A stretch of 26,300 nucleotides of DNA from a virus (lineage: Duplodnaviria > Caudoviricetes): IMG/VR virus record IMGVR_UViG_3300032227_000624, positions 1 through 26,300 of that record; one strand, 5' to 3'. This document shows positions 8,952 to 16,400 of this stretch, in pieces. Within the stretch, counting starts at the first letter, position 1; each line of letters starts with the position of its first letter. The position numbers and the translations under genes are program-made. A model generated the notes under the pieces. The model had not been told where the DNA came from and did no database searches. It saw only the letters and a program-made list of their open reading frames with translations.

Positions 8952-10507
8952 GAATCTAGTTCCTCAACCTCATCGCCTTCCAGATTATCGGGTTCAGCGG
9001 TATCTTCTGCTTCTTGGGGTTGCTGCTGGCCAGATCCACTGACCTGACTGGGATCACTATCAAGCACAATGCCAAGTTCATCAGCCAATGCCAGCTCATG
9101 GGCCCGCTGACGCATCTGTTCCTCAAAATCACCGCCATGCAAGGCGATGACTTGCGAAAGAGTCATGATGCCATTACGGATCAATGACTTGTAAGCATCG
9201 GCTTCCTTCTGTGGGTCTACAAATTGAGCGGCAGGGGGAATCCACTTGGACTCCTCATAACGCTCAGGGTCGATTTCGTAGCCAGGCAAATTCAAAACGC
9301 CTGCCATAACAGCCATTTCCAACCAACGCTCGTAGACCCGCTCACACAATGCTTCAACCAAATACTGCTGCAAAGTTTTGTAATGCGTCCGCGTTTCCAG
9401 CAGCTCAAGCCGTGAAGAGCTGTAATTGCTCTTGCTGAAGTCAGAACTGACTTGGGTATAGGAGCAGCCAACACCCGAAGCAACGGCACGAAGCATCTGC
9501 GCCACAAAAGGCGTAAACGCATCGTCAGGCCGGTTGGGCGAGAAGAATTGCATCTCCTCTCCAGGTGCCAAACGACGGATTGAACCGGGAGAAAAATCAA
9601 GAACGGAATCATCCTGAAACTTGCCGTCCTCAAACAGCTCCTGGTCTGGCGTGCGCACAAACGCCATCATTGCTGACGATGCCCGTGCAGCCACAATCTC
9701 AGCCTCCTCGTAACCACTCAGGTTGCGGAGACGCATAATCGCTGAGGCAAATCCTGTGACACCACGGGTCTGGCCGGGGCGCTCGATGGAATACAAATGA
9801 ATGACATCCTTGGCAGGGATGCGTTGTCGCCTCTTGGCTACAGCCGCAGTGCCGGTGAATTGATAATCACCAGGGTGGGTGCGCAGGAAGTGATAAGCAA
9901 CTGGACGGCCCCACTCGTTAATCTCAACGCCCATGCGGACACGGTTGCCGTTTGCTTCGACACCGGTGTAATCGTCATCAAGCAAATCGGCTTCAAGCAC
10001 CTCAAGGCCAAGGGGGACCTTGCTGTCACCGAAAGTTTGGTTGACCAGACGAATAAAAACCTCGCCTGATTCGATCATTGACGTGATGGATAGCCGCTGA
10101 ATGTCCTGCCAGCTCAATTGGCCAGCAACGTGGCAGGTATCAGCACACGTCCAGTCATCCCATGCTTTTTCAATCAACCGGTTGATCCGATCATCAAGCT
10201 TACCGCCACGCTGGAATTGAACCTGCGCTTGGTGCTTAATCCCAGTGCCAACCACGTTGTTGCGCACAGCTCTCAACGCCGCCTTGGCAAAGTCAGAATC
10301 ACGAACCAACTGGCGAGCGCGATTTCGAAGCAGCCTGAGGCTATTTTTGATTTCACTGTCGGCACTTGTGCCAAGACTGATCCAATCAGATGTAAGTCGA
10401 TTGCTTGCAACGGCTGCATATGCACGCTTGAGATTTGCGTTGCGCTCTTGCGCTTTGCGTAGATCTTTTTGAACGCGTGAAACGCGACCGAAACCAAAGA
10501 AAGCCAT
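8948..10507 (-). CDS. Portal protein, lambda family
   Basis: LRNRARQL, VVGTGI, GVEINEWGRPVAY, RPGQTRGV, NYSSSR, VDPQKE motifs. Confidence 0.96.
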   Translation of the reverse strand: MAFFGFGRVSRVQKDLRKAQERNANLKRAYAAVASNRLTSDWISLGTSADSEIKNSLRLLRNRARQLVRDSDFAKAALRAVRNNVVGTGIKHQAQVQFQRGGKLDDRINRLIEKAWDDWTCADTCHVAGQLSWQDIQRLSITSMIESGEVFIRLVNQTFGDSKVPLGLEVLEADLLDDDYTGVEANGNRVRMGVEINEWGRPVAYHFLRTHPGDYQFTGTAAVAKRRQRIPAKDVIHLYSIERPGQTRGVTGFASAIMRLRNLSGYEEAEIVAARASSAMMAFVRTPDQELFEDGKFQDDSVLDFSPGSIRRLAPGEEMQFFSPNRPDDAFTPFVAQMLRAVASGVGCSYTQVSSDFSKSNYSSSRLELLETRTHYKTLQQYLVEALCERVYERWLEMAVMAGVLNLPGYEIDPERYEESKWIPPAAQFVDPQKEADAYKSLIRNGIMTLSQVIALHGGDFEEQMRQRAHELALADELGIVLDSDPSQVSGSGQQQPQEAEDTAEPDNLEGDEVEELDS

Positions 10508-11085
10508 TAGGTGAACCTCACGCGAGCAACGCCAGGGTTGCCAAGTCCCTGCCTAATCTTTTCAGCTCTTCGCTCCCTGTCAACTTCAGCCTTGAGCACA
10601 TCACGTAATTGCAACAGCTCAGGCATCTTGTAACGCTTGAGGCTGCGGTTACCGATCGTGTATTCCTGGACCGCGCCACCCTGCGCCAAGGTGCGGATGG
10701 CGGCTTCCACAAAGCCAAGATCGATCTCAGCGCGGGAACGGTCATCAAACGCACCCGGTGTGCCGGTGTAAGCGGCGCTGGCCTTGACGGTGAATTGGCC
10801 GCGACCTGCGGTGTATTGCAGTGCTCCAGAAGAGGCAACAGCCTGCCAGGTCCACGTGTCAGCGTTAAAGCCAAGCGTTGTAGACGCTGGCACCGTCACC
10901 CGCCAGCCCGTGCTTTGAGCAGTGCCAACAATCGTGGCGCCCTCGGTCGAAGTATTGGTTCTCGCGTACCAAGTCAGCGTGTAGGTGCTGCTCTGAATGC
11001 TGGTGCCAATTGAATCCGTAAACTCAGGCACGTCAAAAACAACCGTGTCCCCGGCGTAAATCAGTTCTGGAACAAGGATGGTCAC
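10507..11085 (-). CDS. Head completion protein, gpW-like C-terminus with extra N-terminal beta domain
   Basis: Between terL and portal; C-terminal EAAI..GGAVQEYTIGNRSLKRY..ELLQLR. Confidence 0.75.
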   Translation of the reverse strand: MTILVPELIYAGDTVVFDVPEFTDSIGTSIQSSTYTLTWYARTNTSTEGATIVGTAQSTGWRVTVPASTTLGFNADTWTWQAVASSGALQYTAGRGQFTVKASAAYTGTPGAFDDRSRAEIDLGFVEAAIRTLAQGGAVQEYTIGNRSLKRYKMPELLQLRDVLKAEVDRERRAEKIRQGLGNPGVARVRFT

Positions 11086-12986
11086 CAGTTTGTTACGAAT
11101 GATGAAGAGGCGCGGGCCTTACGCTGTCGTTGCGGCCGATACGGAGATTCTATCGGTATTGGCTCTGATTTTTTAGTCTTGACAGGCTCAGCGTCCAGCT
11201 TACGCGCAAACTGCTCAAAAATTGTGGTTCGGTTAAATCGCATGTACAAATAATTCAACGCCGCAAACGAATACACAAAACAATCCAGCGCCTCGTTGCG
11301 ATCGCCTGCCTTCTTCTTCCATTCGCGAATGGCGAACCCCTTGACGTACCGCACCACCTGCCGTTCAGCCGTCAATTGCTTGAAATACTCCAGGCCAGCC
11401 TCGGCATGAAAATGGATGTAACCCGGCCCTGGCTCGTTGTGCTTCATCCGGCCAAACAGCGTGGTCTTGATCGTGTCGCTACCGACCGGAAACACCTCCG
11501 CTGAATTCTTGAGCACTTTTCCCTTGTAGTTAATATCCACCTTGGAAGGCTTCCCAATAGGCGGTTTGTTACGGACCGACTGCCCCTTCAAAGCAAATAC
11601 ACCATCACCGCGACGGCTGCGGGCGTAAGCGTAAACCTCTGAGGTGAAGTGACCTCCAGAGTCAATGCCAACAGCCGAAATGCGGGTAGACCCACCACCT
11701 TCCCTTGGATAGTCCCTTAGTACGAGGTCATCAACTTGCTCCCACAACTTGCCACTTGCTGGATCGCCGTAAACCTCCCCGTGGCTGATCAGCCAGCACT
11801 CTTCACCAGCGCCCCATGCATAAATGCCAACGGCCACGCGGTTGTCTTGCACGTCAACGCCAGCAGTGACGATCGACGCATCCCGCGGGATTTCACTGGC
11901 CGGGTAGAACTCGGCACGCTCAGCCAAGCCTTCAGCGCCAAGCTTTGCCCCGACTTCTTCCTCCCACGTCTCGCCAAGCACGGTGTTGACAAAAGTTTTG
12001 AGCAGCGGCGCATCATTCTTGCTGCGCAAAAACTCAATGACAATCTCCTCCCAGCTCTTCCAGCCAAGTGGGGAGTACAGCGAGGACAGGTGAAACCCAA
12101 CGGTACGCGGGTCTTCACTCGTCGCAGTTGCCCGCCATTCACCCTTGCGTAACATCTCCGACTTGAAGTGCTCTGGGATGTGGGCGCCACAGCTTTCGCA
12201 CACGTAAGCAGTGGTTTTTGGGTCGCCATCGCGCCACTGCAAATTTTTCCACTGCAACCACTGCTTGTGCTCACAATGTGGGCACGGCACAAAGAAGCGG
12301 CGCTGATCGCTAGCCAAATACTCAGTCTCAATCCGAGACATGTCTTTGACAGTTGGCGTTGAGGTCAGGATAATCTTTCGACGACTGAAAGTGGATGCAC
12401 GACGTTCAGCCAATGCACAAGGGTCTCCCTCGCCTTCAACGTCGGATGGGAAAGCATCCACCTCATCCAGCAATACCCACCGGCAAGGAGCAGAGCGAAG
12501 ACCAGTAGCGCTGTTTGCACCAGTAAGAAGCAGGATCCCCCCAGGGAACTCCTTGCTAAACATTGTGTTTCCACTATCCCGACTCCTGGCTGGCGCGATC
12601 TTATCCGCAAGGCATGGCGTCTCATGAATCAATGAGTCCAACCGCTGTTTACTGAGACGTTTGGCCATCTCGATTGTGGGTTGTACAAATAACGCCGGGC
12701 CAGGCGCGTGCGCAATCATGTATCCCACCACGTTGTTGATTGCCTCGGTCTTACCCAACTGCGCACCAGCCATGAACACCACCTTCTGCGTGGTGTTGTT
12801 AGCGGACATGCAGTCCATGATTTCGCGAAGGTAAGGCGTGCGATCAGTACGCCACGGCCCAGGCTCTGCTGATGCCTTGTTGGACAGCATCCTGTACAAG
12901 TCCGACCATTCGCTAACCGTCAGGTCGGGGTCAGGCTTCAAGCCATTAAGAAACGCCTGCTTGTAAATCTGGGCACCATCACGCAT
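11082..12986 (-). CDS. terL: Terminase large subunit, lambda GpA family
   Basis: RTPYLREIMD, Walker A AQLGKTE, Walker B LLDEVD, STPT, CPHC/CESC, GVDVQ, IDSGG, RNEALDC. Confidence 0.98.
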   Translation of the reverse strand: MRDGAQIYKQAFLNGLKPDPDLTVSEWSDLYRMLSNKASAEPGPWRTDRTPYLREIMDCMSANNTTQKVVFMAGAQLGKTEAINNVVGYMIAHAPGPALFVQPTIEMAKRLSKQRLDSLIHETPCLADKIAPARSRDSGNTMFSKEFPGGILLLTGANSATGLRSAPCRWVLLDEVDAFPSDVEGEGDPCALAERRASTFSRRKIILTSTPTVKDMSRIETEYLASDQRRFFVPCPHCEHKQWLQWKNLQWRDGDPKTTAYVCESCGAHIPEHFKSEMLRKGEWRATATSEDPRTVGFHLSSLYSPLGWKSWEEIVIEFLRSKNDAPLLKTFVNTVLGETWEEEVGAKLGAEGLAERAEFYPASEIPRDASIVTAGVDVQDNRVAVGIYAWGAGEECWLISHGEVYGDPASGKLWEQVDDLVLRDYPREGGGSTRISAVGIDSGGHFTSEVYAYARSRRGDGVFALKGQSVRNKPPIGKPSKVDINYKGKVLKNSAEVFPVGSDTIKTTLFGRMKHNEPGPGYIHFHAEAGLEYFKQLTAERQVVRYVKGFAIREWKKKAGDRNEALDCFVYSFAALNYLYMRFNRTTIFEQFARKLDAEPVKTKKSEPIPIESPYRPQRQRKARASSSFVTNW

Positions 12987-13461
12987 CGGTCAACCTCTCC
13001 AGTGCCTTGCGGATCTCTTCACTCAAATTCTTGTGGATAATCACCGGGTCGCTTTCGGCAGCCATTTGGTTTGAGACTCGATCTGGAATGGTGTTCAACG
13101 CATCACGGACGCTGCGGGCCACAGTAAACGCCTCGCGCTCCACGCGGCTGGCTTCCACCAACTGCTCCTCCTTTGTCTCAAGCTCAAGCCGTGCCAACTC
13201 GGCGCGAAAATGCTCAGACTTGGCCTTGCTTTCGTTAAAAGTCGGAATGTCCAGCGCAGAACTGGCTACCCGATCAGGTGAGATTGATGTGCTGGGATTG
13301 GCGTTCTTGTACGCCTCTACAGCCTTCTCTTCGTCCCACAGGATTCGGTTGCGTTGAACCGTGAAACATCCTGCAAAACGGCCTTCTGTCTTGAGCTGAG
13401 AGATGCGGCCAATGGTGATCCCAAGCGTTTGGGACAGCTTTTTAGTTGAAACAGGCTCCAT
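12979..13461 (-). CDS. terS: Terminase small subunit, Nu1-like
   Basis: N-terminal HTH (LSQTLGITIGRISQL) and coiled coil ..AELARLELE..LV..VRDALNTIPDR; overlaps terL start. Confidence 0.9.
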   Translation of the reverse strand: MEPVSTKKLSQTLGITIGRISQLKTEGRFAGCFTVQRNRILWDEEKAVEAYKNANPSTSISPDRVASSALDIPTFNESKAKSEHFRAELARLELETKEEQLVEASRVEREAFTVARSVRDALNTIPDRVSNQMAAESDPVIIHKNLSEEIRKALERLTDA

Positions 13462-13542
13462 CTGGGTAATTTAGCCTGCTTTTACGGCAAATAAGGCCAA
13501 ATAGGTGTTTTCTGGCATATAATGGTCAGCTTTGGATTTTTG

Positions 13543-13664
13543 GTCTCAAATGCGTCTCAAATGCGTCTCAGGTTGAGACTCATGTGCGCCTGACGCTAGC
13601 GTTGTAAGGCGGTTTGAAATTACCCACACGCTTATTGCGAAAAAGGACCCGCAAATGAGACGCA
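13543..13664. repeat. GTCTCA(AATGC) repeats, candidate TerS-binding (cosB-like) sites
   Basis: GTCTCA at 13543, 13554, 13565 (11-bp period); inverted TGAGAC at 13574 and TGAGACGCA at 13656. Confidence 0.7.
13611..13650 (-). other. Putative cos site (cosQ plus cosN)
   Basis: Minus strand CGGGTCCTTT matches lambda cosQ GGGTCCT (13650-13644), followed 18 nt later by GGGTAATTTCAAACC; about 150 bp upstream of terS. Confidence 0.65.
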
Positions 13665-13680
13665 ATAGCGCCCCTTAAAT

Positions 13681-13735
13681 GTTAACCAAACCTTAACCCA
13701 ATCTTAACCTAATCTTAACCTACAGTTGCTATCAT
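13681..13735 (+). promoter_or_regulatory. Cyanobacterial-type Pho box (4 repeats) with extended -10 promoter
   Basis: GTTAACCA/CTTAACCC/CTTAACCT/CTTAACCT at 13681, 13692, 13703, 13714 (3-bp linkers), then TGcTATCAT at 13727-13735. Confidence 0.8.
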
Positions 13736-13742
13736 AAAGCAT

Positions 13743-13758
13743 GAGAACAATTGTTCTC
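13743..13758. promoter_or_regulatory. Perfect 16-bp palindromic operator, LexA-box-like
   Basis: GAGAACAATTGTTCTC (GAAC-N4-GTTC core) at the predicted transcription start. Confidence 0.55.
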
Positions 13759-13780
13759 TCTATCTCGTTACTGGTTCACT

Positions 13781-13942
13781 ATGTCACTCTATCAAATGTT
13801 CAAGGCTCAGCATGAAGAACTAGGACGCTCGATTGATGAATACAATTCAACAGTTGAGCGTATACTTAACCGCACCGATCGTTTACTTAAGCAATTGCAG
13901 ACAATGAACGAGGAGGAGTTAAGTCTATTGCGCAAGCGGTAA
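13781..13942 (+). CDS. Small coiled-coil-like hypothetical protein (53 aa)
   Basis: MSLYQMFKAQHEELGRSIDEYNSTVERILNRTDRLLKQLQ..; has its own promoter and terminator; ATG 13781 preferred to TTG 13751. Confidence 0.7.
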   Translation: MSLYQMFKAQHEELGRSIDEYNSTVERILNRTDRLLKQLQTMNEEELSLLRKR

Positions 13943-13953
13943 GTAACAACAGC

Positions 13954-13978
13954 GGGGGCCAATCGGCCCCCTTTTTTT
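13954..13978 (+). terminator. Rho-independent terminator
   Basis: GGGGGCC-AATC-GGCCCCC followed by T7. Confidence 0.9.
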
Positions 13979-13985
13979 ATGCAAT

Positions 13986-14009
13986 AAAAAACCCCACCTA
14001 ATGGCGGGG
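13986..14009 (-). terminator. Rho-independent terminator for the island operon
   Basis: Minus strand CCCCGCC-ATTA-GGTGGGG followed by T6. Confidence 0.85.
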
Positions 14010-14029
14010 CGATGATATCGGCGAAGCGA

Positions 14030-15103
14030 TTAGATGGCCAGGGTGATAACCCCATCCGGTAGGGCAATCGATTTAGCGAAGGGCAGGATAAAACCGGCCA
14101 CGTTTGGATCGGCGCCCCGTGATCGCTTGCCCCTAAGAATTACAGCCACGCCATTAGGGTCAGCCCATCGATGATCGGTAGCATCCCCATCAATGGCCGG
14201 AAGTGTGACCGATCGGCCGCCGTAGTGCAGCGTTACGGTCGCGGGGATAGGCGCGCCCTTAGCAATGGCAATGGGCACAGCCAGGCGGAACCCGGCATCA
14301 ATGGCGGCCATGGCATCCCGCGCGGCCGTGGCACGATCACCGGCAAGGGATGCAGTGACATCCCAGCCGGCCGCCCATTGCGCGCGCAATCCCAACGGCC
14401 CATCCGTTGGCGCTTTGCTGTATTCATACAGTTTCACGCTTCCATCCGCCACGGCCGGGGCGAGAATCTGGGCGATCGTTTGATTCTCACCGTTGGCAAT
14501 CAGCAGGCCAAAGCGGCGCCGGATTGTGACCGCCTCGACCAGGGTGACCGATACGGCCAAGCGGTGCCATGGCTGATCGTCAGTCCCCCGTAGGCGACAT
14601 GCCAAAGGCAGACCGTCAAGCTGGGCCCGTTGCCATTGGCGGGCAATCGCCCATAGGACGGCCCGGCCGTAGGTTTCCGGTTGGTCGATCATGGCTAAGG
14701 TTCGGCGCCCCCTACAGGCCGCGACATCGGCAGACAGGCCGCCATGGCCGGCCCATGTCAAACATGCATCAGAGCAACCGGCGGTTGCCCATGGGCAAGC
14801 GTTATGGCGGCGCGCCTTATCCGTCAGGCCGAGCGCCTCGCATCGGGCGGCCAAGGTTGGCAGATAGGCGCGCGGCGCAACGGTCGCCCCGTTGCCCGGA
14901 TTGATTGCCGCAGCCAAGGCGCGGCCTGGCAGGGTGTGATGAATCACGGCGCGCGCGATCGCGGCACCCTTAGCAAGCTTCGGATTGGAATCCGTCAAGA
15001 CGTCCGCCAACTCGAGACCGTGGCGCTTCAGATAGGCGGCGACATCGGATGGGAGGCGCAGGGCGCCATTAGCGCGTGAGGCGCCGGTCAGTGTGGATTG
15101 CAT
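14030..15103 (-). CDS. GP88-like protein, possible radical-SAM-like Fe-S protein
   Basis: SNPKLAK, CPWATAGCSDACL (Cx6Cx3C), RLRGTDD, YEYSK, IDGDATDHRWADP..LRGK motifs. Confidence 0.7.
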   Translation of the reverse strand: MQSTLTGASRANGALRLPSDVAAYLKRHGLELADVLTDSNPKLAKGAAIARAVIHHTLPGRALAAAINPGNGATVAPRAYLPTLAARCEALGLTDKARRHNACPWATAGCSDACLTWAGHGGLSADVAACRGRRTLAMIDQPETYGRAVLWAIARQWQRAQLDGLPLACRLRGTDDQPWHRLAVSVTLVEAVTIRRRFGLLIANGENQTIAQILAPAVADGSVKLYEYSKAPTDGPLGLRAQWAAGWDVTASLAGDRATAARDAMAAIDAGFRLAVPIAIAKGAPIPATVTLHYGGRSVTLPAIDGDATDHRWADPNGVAVILRGKRSRGADPNVAGFILPFAKSIALPDGVITLAI

Positions 15104-15117
15104 CGGATGGGATGGGA

Positions 15118-15273
15118 TTAATTGAACGGGTCTAGGTCACAATCCGGCTCGTCTGCATCCGCCACGCCCTGCCAGTAGGCGAGGGCGGCGAGGTCATAAA
15201 GGGCCAGGGATTGGTCGTCGTCGTCGATCGGGTCAGACAAGCGGCCGTAGCCGTCTAGATAAAGGCGCGCCAT
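15118..15273 (-). CDS. Small very acidic protein (51 aa), below ORF-track cutoff
   Basis: MARLYLDGYGRLSDPIDDDDQSLALYDLAALAYWQGVADADEPDCDLDPFN*; TGATG coupling with the upstream ORF; stop abuts the leader of the next gene. Confidence 0.7.
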   Translation of the reverse strand: MARLYLDGYGRLSDPIDDDDQSLALYDLAALAYWQGVADADEPDCDLDPFN

Positions 15274-15434
15274 CAGCGGCCGGAAGCCGTCAGGGCGCAG
15301 TCAGAAAAGGAGCGGCCGGCGGATTGGCAACGCTCCATAAAAAAGGCGGTCTCAGCCTGCAGGCCGGCCAACGCCCAAAAGGAGAGGGCGACGGCGGCCG
15401 CAACTGAAAACCACGTAACTCGGGATGAATGCAT
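15273..15434 (-). CDS. Small membrane/secreted protein (53 aa), below ORF-track cutoff
   Basis: MHSSRVTWFSVAAAVALSFWALAGLQAETAFFMERCQSAGRSFSDCALTASGR*; hydrophobic N-terminus, Cys pair, conserved leader upstream. Confidence 0.7.
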   Translation of the reverse strand: MHSSRVTWFSVAAAVALSFWALAGLQAETAFFMERCQSAGRSFSDCALTASGR

Positions 15435-16081
15435 GGAATGGATGCGATGGGATAAAACGACCGGGGCGGCCGTTGGGAGAATCCTCTCAGTTATCCGGGA
15501 GGATCCTGGGACAAGTGTACCGCCTCGCGGATTGGCACAGCGTCAGGCGGCAATGGCCAGGGCGATCAGTTGCGCCTTAGGCAGCTTGCGCCGGCACCCG
15601 GTAAGGGCGCGCAACTGCGCGCAGGTAAGGGCGCCAAGGTCGGCAGCGATCACGGCGGCCGGATGCGACATAGGCGGCACCACGGCGGCCGAGGCGATCG
15701 GGGCGACGGCGGCGCTGTAACGGCGGCCGAGGGCGGCCGATGCATCGATCAGACCGCGGCGCGCCATTACGGCGGCCACGTAGGCGGCGACCGCCAGAAC
15801 CTTCAAGCAATCAAAAACGACACCGGCCACGAGCCGCCAATCGATTAAGCGAAGAACGGCGGCCGTGAAATGGATGACCGGCCAGGCAATACGGCCAATG
15901 AAACGGCCGGCCGTATACGTGCCGCGGATGGCACGGGCCAAGGTATCCAGCGACCAGAGGATGGCGCCGGCCGTGATCAATTCACCGGCTGCGGCCCATA
16001 GGCGCGCGGCCATCAATAGGAAGTGTTCGGCGCCTTGTAGGGCGGTAAGAGTGTGAATCATTGGAATGGATGCGATGGGAT
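15434..16081 (-). repeat. Repeated 20-nt gene leader ATCCCATCGCATCCATTCCA
   Basis: Exact copies at 15434-15453 and 16062-16081 at start codons; related ATCCCATCCCATCCG before ATG 15103. Confidence 0.85.
15543..16061 (-). CDS. Hydrophobic hypothetical protein with C-terminal Rho_N/HEH-like motif
   Basis: Start set at ATG 16061 after the conserved leader; C-terminal LGALTCAQLRALTG..LPKAQLIALA. Confidence 0.7.
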   Translation of the reverse strand: MIHTLTALQGAEHFLLMAARLWAAAGELITAGAILWSLDTLARAIRGTYTAGRFIGRIAWPVIHFTAAVLRLIDWRLVAGVVFDCLKVLAVAAYVAAVMARRGLIDASAALGRRYSAAVAPIASAAVVPPMSHPAAVIAADLGALTCAQLRALTGCRRKLPKAQLIALAIAA

Positions 16082-16282
16082 GGGATTTCATTAGCTAACG
16101 GGGGCGCATACGGCCGCGCGCGTTAGCTGATCAAGTCTGCCAATCATCCGGCCGTGATTCTGCAGACTGTAATAAAACTTTATAAAGCGCCGTACTGGTA
16201 GCGCGTGGCCAGTTTGGCAATCCGGACCCGTTGCTATGGGCACATAGGGGGCGGCGATGGTGGGCGGGCCGATCAATGGCAG

Positions 16283-16400
16283 GTGCTGCAGATTGCAGCA
16301 TTGCGGCCGTTGTGCTGCAGATAGCGGCATAGCGCACCTATGTGCTGCGCAGTGCTGCAGATAGGCGCGGCATGCGGCGCAGTGCTGCAGTGTGCTGCAG
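16283..16400. repeat. GTGCTGCAG direct repeats in 10-bp phase
   Basis: Copies at 16283, 16312, 16342 (variant), 16352, 16382, 16392. Confidence 0.9.

Noticed and set aside
294-13357. Many plus-strand and nested ORFs across the structural operon
   Set aside because: Shadow frames of well-supported minus-strand genes.
16169-16186. NtcA or RpaB site in GTAATAAAACTTTATAAA
   Set aside because: Does not fit GTA-N8-TAC and matches HLR1 only weakly.
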